Source of the DNA: Eledone cirrhosa
Taxonomy: Eukaryota
Reading direction: 5' to 3'
Assembly: GCA_964016885.1 (NCBI GenBank)
Contig: OZ024742.1
Coordinates: 164,548,001 to 164,612,000 of the forward strand
DNA: 64,000 nucleotides
Below, piece by piece: positions 1 through 12,350 of the stretch. The first letter of the stretch is position 1, and every line of letters starts with the position of its first letter. The position numbers were made by a program, and so were the translations under genes. The notes under the pieces are model-generated. The model did not search any database. It worked only from the letters and a program-made list of their open reading frames with translations, and had not been told where the DNA came from.

Positions 1-118
1 CCTTGGACAGCTAGATATTACCTCCCCTTGGACGGCTGGAAATTATCTCCCCTTGATTTTTTTTACAAATTATCTCCCCCTGATTTTTTTTACAAATTAT
101 CTCCACCTGATTTTTTTA

Positions 119-3100
119 CAAATTATCTCCCCCTGATTTTTTTTACAAATTATCTCCCCCTGATTTTTTTACAAATTATCTCCCCTTGGCTGGCTGGAAA
201 TTATCTCCCATTGGAGGCTGGAATTTATCTCCCCTTGGACGGTTAGAAATTACCTCCCCTTGGACGGCTGGAAAATATGTCTCCTTGGACGGCTGGAAAT
301 TATCGCCCCTTGGACGGCTGGAAATTATCTCCCCTTGGACGGCTGGAAATTATCTCTCATCGGACGGCTAGAAATTACCTCTCCTTGGACAGCTGAAAAT
401 TATCTCCCCTTGGACGGCTGGAAATTATCTCCCCTTGATTTTTTTTACAAATTATCTCCCGCTGATTTTTTTTTACAAATTATCTCCCCCTGATTTTTTT
501 TTACAAATTATCTCCCCCTGATTTTTTTTTACAAATTATCTCCCCCTGATATTTTTTACAAATTATCTCCCCCTGATTTTTTTACAAATTATCTCCCCTT
601 GGCTGGCTGGAAATTATCTCCCCTTGGAGGCTGGAATTTATCTCCCCTTGGACGGCTAGAAATTACCTCGCCTTGGACGGCTGGAAAATATGTCTCCTTG
701 GACGGCTGGAAATTATCTCCCCTTGGACGGCTGGAAATTATCTCCCCTTGGACAGCTGGAAATTATCTCCCCTTGGACGGCTAGATATTACCTCCCCTTG
801 GACGGCTGGAAATTATCTCCCCTTGATTTTTTTTACAAATTATCTCCCCCTGATTTTTTTTTACAAATTATCTCCCCCTGATTTTTTTTTACGAATTATC
901 TCCCCCCGATTTTTTTTACAAATTATCTCCCCCTGATTTTTTTTTACAAATTATCTACGCCTAATTTTTTTTACAAATTATCTCCCCCTGATTTTTTTTA
1001 CAAATTATCTCCCCCTGATTTTTTTTACAAATTATCTCCCCCTGATTTTTTTTTACAAATTATTTCCCCCTGATTTTTTTACAAATTATCTCCCCCCTGA
1101 TATTTTTAAAAATTATCTTCCCTTGGCTGGCGGGAAATTATCTCCCCTTGGACGGCTGGAAATTATATCCCCTTGGAGGCTGGAATTTATCTCCCCTTGG
1201 ACGGCTAGAAATTACCTCGCCTTGGACGGCTGGAAAATATGTCTCCTTGGACGGCTGGAAATTATCTCCCCTTGGACGGCTGGAAATTATCTCCCCTTGG
1301 ACGGCTGGAAATTATCTCCCCTTGGACGGCTAGATATTACCTCCCCTTGGACGGCTGGAAATTATCTCCCCTTGATTTTTTTTACAAATTATCTCCCCCT
1401 GATTTTTTTTTACAAATTATCTCCCCCTGATTTTTTTTTACGAATTATCTCCCCCTGATTTTTTTTTACAAATTATCTCCCCTTGAACGGCTGGAAATTA
1501 TCTCCCCTTGGACGGCTGGAAATTATCTCCCCTTGAAAGGCTAGAAATTACCTCTCCTTGGACGGCTGAAAATTATCTCCCCTTGGACGGCTGCAAATTA
1601 TCTCCCCTTGATTTTTTAACAAATTACCTCGCCTTGGACGGCTGGAAAATATGTCTCCTTGGACGGCTGGAAATTATCTCCCCTTGGACGGCTGGAAATT
1701 ATCTCCCCTTGGACGGCTGGAAATTATCTCCCATTGGACGGCTAGATATTACCTCCCCTTGGACGGCTGCAAATTATCTCCCCTTGATTTTTTTAACAAA
1801 TTATCTCCCCCTGATTTTTTTTTACAAATTATCTCCCCCTGATTTTTTTTTACAAATTATCTACGCCTAATTTTTTTTACAAATTATCTCCCCCTGATTT
1901 TTTTTTACAAATTATCTCCCCCTGATTTTTTTTACAAATTATCTCCCCCTGATTTTTTTTTACAAATTATCTCCCCCTGATTTTTTTACAAATTATCTCC
2001 CCCCTGATTTTTTTTACAATCTCCGCCTGATTTTTTTAAAAATTATCTTCCCTTGGCTGGCGGGAAATTATCTCCCTTGGACGGCTGGAAATTATATCCC
2101 CTTGGAAGGATGGAAATTATCTCCCCTTGGACGGCTGGAAATTATCTCCTCTTGGACGGCTGGAAATTATCTCCCCTTGGACAGCTGGAAATTATCTGCC
2201 CTTGATTTTGTTTTTACAAATTATCTCCCCCTGATTTTTTTTACAAATTATCTCCACCTGATTTTTTAAAAAATTATCTCCCCTTGGACGGCTGGAAATT
2301 ATCTCCCCTTGATTTTTTTACAAATTATCTCCCCCTGATTTTTTTTACAAATTATCTCCCCCTGATTTTTTTTTTACAAATTATCTCCCCCTGATTTTTT
2401 TACAAATTATCTCCCCCTGATTTTTTTTACAAATTATCTCCGCCTGATTTTTTTAAATATTATCTTCCCTTGGCTGGCGGGAAATTATCTCCCCTTGGAC
2501 GGCTGAAAATTATCTCCCCTTGGACGGCTGGAAATTATCTCCCCTTGATTTTTTTTACAAATTATCTCCCCCTGATTTTTTTTACAAATTATCTCCCCCT
2601 GATTTTTTTTTACAAATTATCTCCCCCTGATTTTTTTTTACAAATTATCTGCCCCTGATTTTTTTTACAAATTATCTCCCCCTGATTTTTTTACAAATTA
2701 TCTCCCCTTGGCTGGCTGGAAATTATCTCCCCTTGGAGGCTGGAATTTATCTCCCATTGGACGGCTAGAAATTACCTCTCCTTGGAAGGCTGGAAAATAT
2801 TTCTCCTTGGACGGCTGGATATTATCTACCCTTGGACGGGTGGAAATTATCTCCCCTTGGACGGCTGGAAATTATCTCCCCTTGGACAGCTAGATATTAC
2901 CTCCCCTTGGACGGCTGGAAATTATCTCCCCTTGATTTTTTTTACAAATTATCTCCCCCTGATTTTTTTTACAAATTATCTCCACCTGATTTTTTTACAA
3001 ATTATCTCCCCCTGATTTTTTTTACAAATTATCTCCCCCTGATTTTTTTACAAATTATCTCCCCTTGGCTGGCTGGAAATTATCTCCCCTTGGAGGCTGG

Positions 3101-3860
3101 AATTTATCTCCCCTTGGACGGCTGGAAATTATCTCCCCTTGATTTTTTTTACAAATTATCTACCCCTGATTTTTTTTACAAATTATCTCCCCCTGATTTT
3201 TTTTACAAATTATCTCCCCCTGATTTTTTTACAAATTATCTCCCCCTGATTTTTTTACAAATTATCTCCCCCTGATTTTTTTTTACAAATTATCTACGCC
3301 TAATTTTTTTTACAAATTATCTCCCCCTGATTTTTTTTTACAAATTATCTCCCCCTGATTTTTTTTTACAAATTATCTCCCCCTGATTTTTTTTTACAAA
3401 TTATCTCCCCCTGATTTTTTTACAAATTATCTCCCCCCTGATTTTTATTACAATCTCCGCCTGATTTTTTAAAAAATTATCTTCCCTTGGCTGGCGGGAA
3501 ATTATCTTCCCTTGGACGGCTGGAAATTATATCCCCTTGGAAGGATGGAAATTATCTCCCCTTGGACGGCTGGAAATTATCTCCCCTTGGACGGCTGGAA
3601 ATTATCTCCCCTTGGACAGCTGGAAATTATCTGCCCTTGATTTTGTTTTTACAAATTATCTCCCCCTGATTTTTTTTACAAATTATCTCCACCTGATTTT
3701 TTAAAAAATTATCTCCCCTTGGACGGCTGGAAATTATCTCCCCTTGGCTGGAAATTATCTCCCCTTGGACGGCTAGAAATTATCTCTCTTTGGACGGCTG
3801 GAAATTATCTGCCTTTGATTTTTTTTACAAATTATCTCCCCCTGATTTTTTTTTACAAAT
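119..3860 (+). repeat. ~3.7 kb block duplicated at ~7461-11200 (offset 7342-7343)
   Basis: Matching ORF pairs 186/7528, 599/7941, 1123/8465, 1508/8850, 2470/9813, 3487/10830, 3719/11062. Shared rare variants include CCTTGAAAGG (1531/8873) and TTTTTATTAC (~3445/~10788). Confidence 0.9.
591..825 (+). repeat. Representative A-run (type I cassette) of 24-25-bp monomers, consensus AAATTATCTCCCCTTGGACGGCTGG
   Basis: Read directly. Ordered variants: GGCTGGCTGG, GGAGGCTGGAATTT, GGCTAGAAATTACCTC, GGAAAATATGTCTCC, consensus copies, GGCTAGATATTACC, then exit via CCCCTTGA. Confidence 0.95.
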
Positions 3861-6800
3861 TATCTCCCCTTGGCTGGCTGGAATTTATCTCCCCTTGGAC
3901 GGCTAGAAATTACCTCGCCTTGGACGGCTGGAAAATATGTCTCCTTGGACGGCTGGAAATTATCTCCCCTTGGACGGCTGGAAATTATCTCCCCTTGGAC
4001 AGCTGGAAATTATCTCCCCTTGGACGGCTAGATATTACCTCCCCTTGGACGGCTGGAAATTATCTCCCCTTGATTTTTTTTACAAATTATCTCCCCCTGA
4101 TTTTTTTTTACAAATTATCTCCCCCTGATTTTTTTTTACGAATTATCTCCCCCCGATTTTTTTTTACAAATTATCTCCGCCTGATTTTTTTTTAAAAATT
4201 ATCTCCCCTTGAACGGCTGGAAATTATCTCCCCTTGGACGGCTGGAAATTATCTCCCCTTGGACGGCTAGAAATTACCTCTCCTTGGACGGCTGAAAATT
4301 ATCTCCCCTTGGACGGCTGCAAATTATCTCCCCTTGATTTTTTAACAAATTATCTCCCCCTGATTTTTTTTTACAAATTATCTCCCCCTGATTTTTTTTT
4401 TACAAATTATCTCCCCCTGATTTTTTTTTACAAATTATCTCCCCCTGATTTTTTTTACAAATTATCTCCCCCTGATTTTTTTTACAATCTCCGCCTGATT
4501 TTTTAAAAAATTATCTTCCCTTGGCTGGCGGGAAATTATCTCCCCTTGGACGGCTGGAAATTATCTCCCCTTGGACGGCTGGAAATTATCTCCCCTTGGA
4601 CAGCTGGAAATTATCTGCCCTTGATTTTGTTTTTACAAATTATCTCCCCCTGATTTTTTTTACAAATTATCTCCACCTGATTTTTTAAAAAATTATCTCC
4701 CCTTGGACGGCTGGAAATTATCTCCCCTTGATTTTTTTACAAATTATCTCCCCCTGATTTTTTTTACAAATTATCCGCCTGATTTTTTTAAATATTATCT
4801 TCCCTTGGCTGGCGGGAAATTATCTCCCCTTGGACGGCTGGAAATTATCTCCCCTTGATTTTTTTTACAAATTATCTCCCCCTGATTTTTTTTTACAAAT
4901 TATCTCCCCCTGATTTTTTTTTACAAATTATCTCCCCCTGATTTTTTTTTACAAATTATCTCCCCCTGATTTTTTTTTACAAATCTCCCCCTGATTTTTT
5001 TATAAATTATCTCCCCTTGGCTGGCTGGAAATTATCTCCCCTTGGAGGCTGGAATTTATCTCCCCTTGGACGGCTAGAAATTACCTCTCCTTGGATGGCT
5101 GGAAAATATGTCTCCTTGGACGGCTGGATATTATCTACCCTTGGACGGCTGGAAATTATCTCCCCTTGGACGGCTGGAAATTATCTCCCCTTGGACGGCT
5201 AGATATTACCTCCCATTGGACGGCTGGAAATTATCTCCCCTTGATTTTTTTTACAAATTATCTCCCCCTGATTTTTTTTTACGAATTATCTCCCCCTGAT
5301 TTTTTTTTACAAATTATCTCCGCCTGATTTTTTTTTAAAAATTATCTCCCCTTGAACGGCTGGAAATTATCTCCCCTTGGACGGCTGGAAATTATCTCCC
5401 CTTGGACGGCTAGAAATTACCTCTCCTTGGACGGCTGAAAATTATCTCCCCTTGGACGGCTGCAAATTATCTCCCCTTGATTTTTTTAACAAATTATCTC
5501 CCCCTGATTTTTTTTTACAAATTATCTCCCCCTGATTTTTTTTTACAAATTATCTACGCCTAATTTTTTTTACAAATTATCTCCCCCTGATTTTTTTTTA
5601 CAAATTATCTCCCCCTGATTTTTTTTACAAATTATCTCCCCCTGATTTTTTTTACAAATTATCTCCCCCTGATTTTTTTACAAATTATCTCCCCCCTGAT
5701 TTTTTTTACAATCTCCGCCTGATTTTTTTAAAAATTATCTTCCCTTGGCTGGCGGGAAATTATCTCCCCTTGGACGGCTGGAAATTATATCCCCTTGGAA
5801 GGATGGAAATTATCTCCCCTTGGACGGCTGGAAATTATCTCCCCTTGGACGGCTGGAAATTACCTCCCCTTGGACAGCTGGAAATTATCTGCCCTTGATT
5901 TTGTTTTTACAAATTATCTCCCCCTGATTTTTTTTACAAATTATCTCCACCTGATTTTTTAAAAAATTATCTCCCCTTGGACGGCTGGAAATTATCTCCC
6001 CTTGGACGGCTGGAAATTATCTCCCCTTGATTTTTTTTTACAAATTATCTCCCCCTGATTTTTTTTTACAAATTATCTCCCCCTGATTTTTTTTACAAAT
6101 TATCTCCCCCTGATTTTTTTTTACAAATTATTTCCCCCTGATTTTTTTACAAATTATCTCCCCCCTGATTTTTTTTACAATCTCCGCCTGATTTTTTTAA
6201 AAATTATCTTCCCTTGGCTGGCGGGAAATTATCTCCCCTTGGACGGCTGGAAATTATATCCCCTTGGAAGGATGGAAATTATCTCCCCTTGGACGGCTGG
6301 AAATTATCTCCCCTTGGACGGCTGGAAATTATCTCCCCTTGGACAGCTGGAAATTATCTGCCCTTGATTTTGTTTTTACAAATTATCTCCCCCTGATTTT
6401 TTTTACAAATTATCTCCACCTGATTTTTTAAAAAATTATCTCCCCTTGGACGGCTGGAAATTATCTCCCCTTGATTTTTTTTACAAATTATCTCCCCCTG
6501 ATTTTTTTTTACAAATTATCTCCCCCTGATTTTTTTTTACAAATTATCTCCCCCTGATTTTTTTTTACAAATTATCTCACCCTGATTTTTTTTACAAATT
6601 ATCTCTCCCTGATTTTTTTACAAATTATCTCCCCTTGGCTGGCTGGAAATTATCTCCCCTTGGAGGCTGGAATTTATCTCCCCTTGGACGGCTAGAAATT
6701 ACCTCTCCTTGGACGGCTGGAAAATATGTCTCCTTGGACGGCTGGATATTATCTACCCTTGGACGGCTGGAAATTATCTCCCCTTGGACGGCTGGAAATT

Positions 6801-7460
6801 ATCTCCTCTTGGACGGCTAGATATTACCTCCCCTTGGACGGCTGGAAATTATCTCCCCTTGATTTTTTTACAAATTATCTCCCCCTGATTTTTTTACAAA
6901 TTATCTCCCCCTGATTTTTTTTACAAATTATCTCCGCCTAATTTTTTTAAATATTATCTTCCCTTGGCTGGCGGGAAATTATCTCCCCTTGGACGGCTGA
7001 AAATTATCTCCCCTTGGACGGCTGGAAATTATCTCCCCTTGATTTTTTTTACAAATTATCTCCCCCTGATTTTTTTTTACAAATTATCTCCCCCTGATTT
7101 TTTTTACAAATTATCTCCCCCTGATTTTTTTACAAATTATCTCCCCTTGGCTGGCTGGAAATTATCTCCCCTTGGAGGCTGGAATTTATCTCCCCTTGGA
7201 CGGCTAGAAATTACCTCTCCTTGGAAGGCTGGAAAATATGTCCTTGGACGGCTGGATATTATCTACCCTTGGACGGCTGGAAATTATCTCCCCTTGGACG
7301 GCTGGAAATTATCTCCCCTTGGACGGCTAGATATTACCTCCCCTTGGACGGCTGAAAATTATCTCCCCTTGGACGGCTGGAAATTATCTCCCCTTGATTT
7401 TTTTTACAAATTATCTCCCCCTGATTATTTTTTACAAATTATCCCCTGATTTTTTTTTTA

Positions 7461-10400
7461 CAAATTATCTCCCCCTGATTTTTTTTACAAATTATCTCCC
7501 CCTGATTTTTTTACAAATTATCTCCCCTTGGCTGGCTGGAAATTATCTCCCATTGGAGGCTGGAATTTATCTCCCCTTGGACGGTTAGAAATTACCTCCC
7601 CTTGGACGGCTGGAAAATATGTCTCCTTGGACGGCTGGAAATTATCGCCCCTTGGACGGCTGGAAATTATCTCCCCTTGGACGGCTGGAAATTATCTCTC
7701 ATCGGACGGCTAGAAATTACCTCTCCTTGGACAGCTGAAAATTATCTCCCCTTGGACGGCTGGAAATTATCTCCCCTTGATTTTTTTTACAAATTATCTC
7801 CCCCTGATTTTTTTTTACAAATTATCTCCCCCTGATTTTTTTTTACAAATTATCTCCCCCTGATTTTTTTTTACAAATTATCTCCCCCTGATATTTTTTA
7901 CAAATTATCTCCCCCTGATTTTTTTACAAATTATCTCCCCTTGGCTGGCTGGAAATTATCTCCCCTTGGAGGCTGGAATTTATCTCCCCTTGGACGGCTA
8001 GAAATTACCTCGCCTTGGACGGCTGGAAAATATGTCTCCTTGGACGGCTGGAAATTATCTCCCCTTGGACGGCTGGAAATTATCTCCCCTTGGACAGCTG
8101 GAAATTATCTCCCCTTGGACGGCTAGATATTACCTCCCCTTGGACGGCTGGAAATTATCTCCCCTTGATTTTTTTTACAAATTATCTCCCCCTGATTTTT
8201 TTTTACAAATTATCTCCCCCTGATTTTTTTTTACGAATTATCTCCCCCCGATTTTTTTTACAAATTATCTCCCCCTGATTTTTTTTTACAAATTATCTAC
8301 GCCTAATTTTTTTTACAAATTATCTCCCCCTGATTTTTTTTACAAATTATCTCCCCCTGATTTTTTTTACAAATTATCTCCCCCTGATTTTTTTTTACAA
8401 ATTATTTCCCCCTGATTTTTTTACAAATTATCTCCCCCCTGATATTTTTAAAAATTATCTTCCCTTGGCTGGCGGGAAATTATCTCCCCTTGGACGGCTG
8501 GAAATTATATCCCCTTGGAGGCTGGAATTTATCTCCCCTTGGACGGCTAGAAATTACCTCGCCTTGGACGGCTGGAAAATATGTCTCCTTGGACGGCTGG
8601 AAATTATCTCCCCTTGGACGGCTGGAAATTATCTCCCCTTGGACGGCTGGAAATTATCTCCCCTTGGACGGCTAGATATTACCTCCCCTTGGACGGCTGG
8701 AAATTATCTCCCCTTGATTTTTTTTACAAATTATCTCCCCCTGATTTTTTTTTACAAATTATCTCCCCCTGATTTTTTTTTACGAATTATCTCCCCCTGA
8801 TTTTTTTTTACAAATTATCTCCCCTTGAACGGCTGGAAATTATCTCCCCTTGGACGGCTGGAAATTATCTCCCCTTGAAAGGCTAGAAATTACCTCTCCT
8901 TGGACGGCTGAAAATTATCTCCCCTTGGACGGCTGCAAATTATCTCCCCTTGATTTTTTAACAAATTACCTCGCCTTGGACGGCTGGAAAATATGTCTCC
9001 TTGGACGGCTGGAAATTATCTCCCCTTGGACGGCTGGAAATTATCTCCCCTTGGACGGCTGGAAATTATCTCCCATTGGACGGCTAGATATTACCTCCCC
9101 TTGGACGGCTGCAAATTATCTCCCCTTGATTTTTTTAACAAATTATCTCCCCCTGATTTTTTTTTACAAATTATCTCCCCCTGATTTTTTTTTACAAATT
9201 ATCTACGCCTAATTTTTTTTACAAATTATCTCCCCCTGATTTTTTTTTACAAATTATCTCCCCCTGATTTTTTTTACAAATTATCTCCCCCTGATTTTTT
9301 TTTACAAATTATCTCCCCCTGATTTTTTTACAAATTATCTCCCCCCTGATTTTTTTTACAATCTCCGCCTGATTTTTTTAAAAATTATCTTCCCTTGGCT
9401 GGCGGGAAATTATCTCCCCTTGGACGGCTGGAAATTATATCCCCTTGGAAGGATGGAAATTATCTCCCCTTGGACGGCTGGAAATTATCTCCTCTTGGAC
9501 GGCTGGAAATTATCTCCCCTTGGACAGCTGGAAATTATCTGCCCTTGATTTTGTTTTTACAAATTATCTCCCCCTGATTTTTTTTACAAATTATCTCCAC
9601 CTGATTTTTTAAAAAATTATCTCCCCTTGGACGGCTGGAAATTATCTCCCCTTGATTTTTTTACAAATTATCTCCCCCTGATTTTTTTTACAAATTATCT
9701 CCCCCTGATTTTTTTTTTACAAATTATCTCCCCCTGATTTTTTTACAAATTATCTCCCCCTGATTTTTTTTACAAATTATCTCCGCCTGATTTTTTTAAA
9801 TATTATCTTCCCTTGGCTGGCGGGAAATTATCTCCCCTTGGACGGCTGAAAATTATCTCCCCTTGGACGGCTGGAAATTATCTCCCCTTGATTTTTTTTA
9901 CAAATTATCTCCCCCTGATTTTTTTTACAAATTATCTCCCCCTGATTTTTTTTTACAAATTATCTCCCCCTGATTTTTTTTTACAAATTATCTGCCCCTG
10001 ATTTTTTTTACAAATTATCTCCCCCTGATTTTTTTACAAATTATCTCCCCTTGGCTGGCTGGAAATTATCTCCCCTTGGAGGCTGGAATTTATCTCCCAT
10101 TGGACGGCTAGAAATTACCTCTCCTTGGAAGGCTGGAAAATATTTCTCCTTGGACGGCTGGATATTATCTACCCTTGGACGGGTGGAAATTATCTCCCCT
10201 TGGACGGCTGGAAATTATCTCCCCTTGGACAGCTAGATATTACCTCCCCTTGGACGGCTGGAAATTATCTCCCCTTGATTTTTTTTACAAATTATCTCCC
10301 CCTGATTTTTTTTACAAATTATCTCCACCTGATTTTTTTACAAATTATCTCCCCCTGATTTTTTTTACAAATTATCTCCCCCTGATTTTTTTACAAATTA

Positions 10401-11200
10401 TCTCCCCTTGGCTGGCTGGAAATTATCTCCCCTTGGAGGCTGGAATTTATCTCCCCTTGGACGGCTGGAAATTATCTCCCCTTGATTTTTTTTACAAATT
10501 ATCTACCCCTGATTTTTTTTACAAATTATCTCCCCCTGATTCTTTTTACAAATTATCTCCCCCTGATTTTTTTACAAATTATCTCCCCCTGATTTTTTTA
10601 CAAATTATCTCCCCCTGATTTTTTTTTACAAATTATCTACGCCTAATTTTTTTTACAAATTATCTCCCCCTGATTTTTTTTTACAAATTATCTCCCCCTG
10701 ATTTTTTTTTACAAATTATCTCCCCCTGATTTTTTTTTACAAATTATCTCCCCCTGATTTTTTTACAAATTATCTCCCCCCTGATTTTTATTACAATCTC
10801 CGCCTGATTTTTTAAAAAATTATCTTCCCTTGGCTGGCGGGAAATTATCTTCCCTTGGACGGCTGGAAATTATATCCCCTTGGAAGGATGGAAATTATCT
10901 CCCCTTGGACGGCTGGAAATTATCTCCCCTTGGACGGCTGGAAATTATCTCCCCTTGGACAGCTGGAAATTATCTGCCCTTGATTTTGTTTTTACAAATT
11001 ATCTCCCCCTGATTTTTTTTACAAATTATCTCCACCTGATTTTTTAAAAAATTATCTCCCCTTGGACGGCTGGAAATTATCTCCCCTTGGCTGGAAATTA
11101 TCTCCCCTTGGACGGCTAGAAATTATCTCTCTTTGGACGGCTGGAAATTATCTGCCTTTGATTTTTTTTACAAATTATCTCCCCCTGATTTTTTTTTACA
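7461..11200 (+). repeat. Second copy of the 119-3860 block
   Basis: Constant 7342-7343 offset of matching ORF translations and shared rare variants. Confidence 0.9.
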
Positions 11201-11987
11201 AATTATCTCACCCTGATTTTTTTTACAAATTATCTCCCTCTGATTTTTTTACAAATTATCTCCCCTTGGCTGGCTGGAAATTATCTCCCCTTGGAGGCTG
11301 GAATTTATCTCCCCTTGGACGGCTAGAAATTACCTCTCCTTGGACGGCTGGAAAATATGTCTCCTTGGACGGCTGGATATTATCTACCCTTGGACGGCTG
11401 GAAATTATCTCCCCTTGGACGGCTGGAAATTATCTCCCCTTGGACGGCTAGATATTACCTCCCCTTGGACGGCTGGAAATTATCTCCCCTTGATTTTTTT
11501 ACAAATTATCTCCCCCTGATTTTTTTACAAATTATCTCCCCCTGATTTTTTTTACAAATTATCTCCGCCTAATTTTTTTAAATATTATCTTCCCTTGGCT
11601 GGCGGGAAATTATCTCCCCTTGGACGGCTGAAAATTATCTCCCCTTGGACGGCTGGAAATTATCTCCCCTTGATTTTTTTTACAAATTATCTCCCCCTGA
11701 TTTTTTTTTACAAATTATCTCCCCCTGATTTTTTTTACAAATTATCTCCCCCTGATTTTTTTACAAATTATCTCCCCTTGGCTGGCTGGAAATTATCTCC
11801 CCTTGGAGGCTGGAATTTATCTCCCCTTGGACGGCTAGAAATTACCTCTCCTTGGACGGCTGGAAAATATGTCCTTGGACGGCTGGATATTATCTACCCT
11901 TGGACGGCTGGAAATTATCTCCCCTTGGACGGCTGGAAATTATCTCCCCTTGGACGGCTAGATATTACCTCCCCTTGGACGGCTGGA

Positions 11988-12350
11988 AATTATCTCCCCT
12001 TGATTTTTTTTACAAATTATCTCCCCCTGATTTTTTTTTACAAATTATCTCCCCCTGATTTTTTTTTACAAATTATCTACCCCTGATTTTTTTTTACAAA
12101 TTATCTCCCCCTGATTTTTTTTACAAATTATCTCCCCCTGATTTTTTTTTACAAATTATCTCCCCCTGATTTTTTTTTACAAATTATCTACCCCTGATTT
12201 TTTTTACAAATTATCTCCCCCTGATTTTTTTTACAAATTATCTCCCCCTGATTTTGTTTACAAATTATCTCCCCCTGATTTTTTTACAAATTATCTCCCC
12301 CTGATTTTTTTTACAAATTATCTCCGCCTAATTTTTTTAAATATTATCTT
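11988..12350 (+). repeat. Representative long B-run of poly-T monomers AAATTATCTCCCCCTGA-T(7-9)-AC
   Basis: About 13 consecutive monomers read directly. They differ mainly in T-tract length and single substitutions (CTACCC, CCGCCTAA, TTTGTTT). Confidence 0.95.

Noticed and set aside
1130-1150. NF-kB/Rel-like site in GGGAAATTATCTCC
   Set aside because: It does not fit GGGRNNYYCC spacing; the resemblance is superficial.
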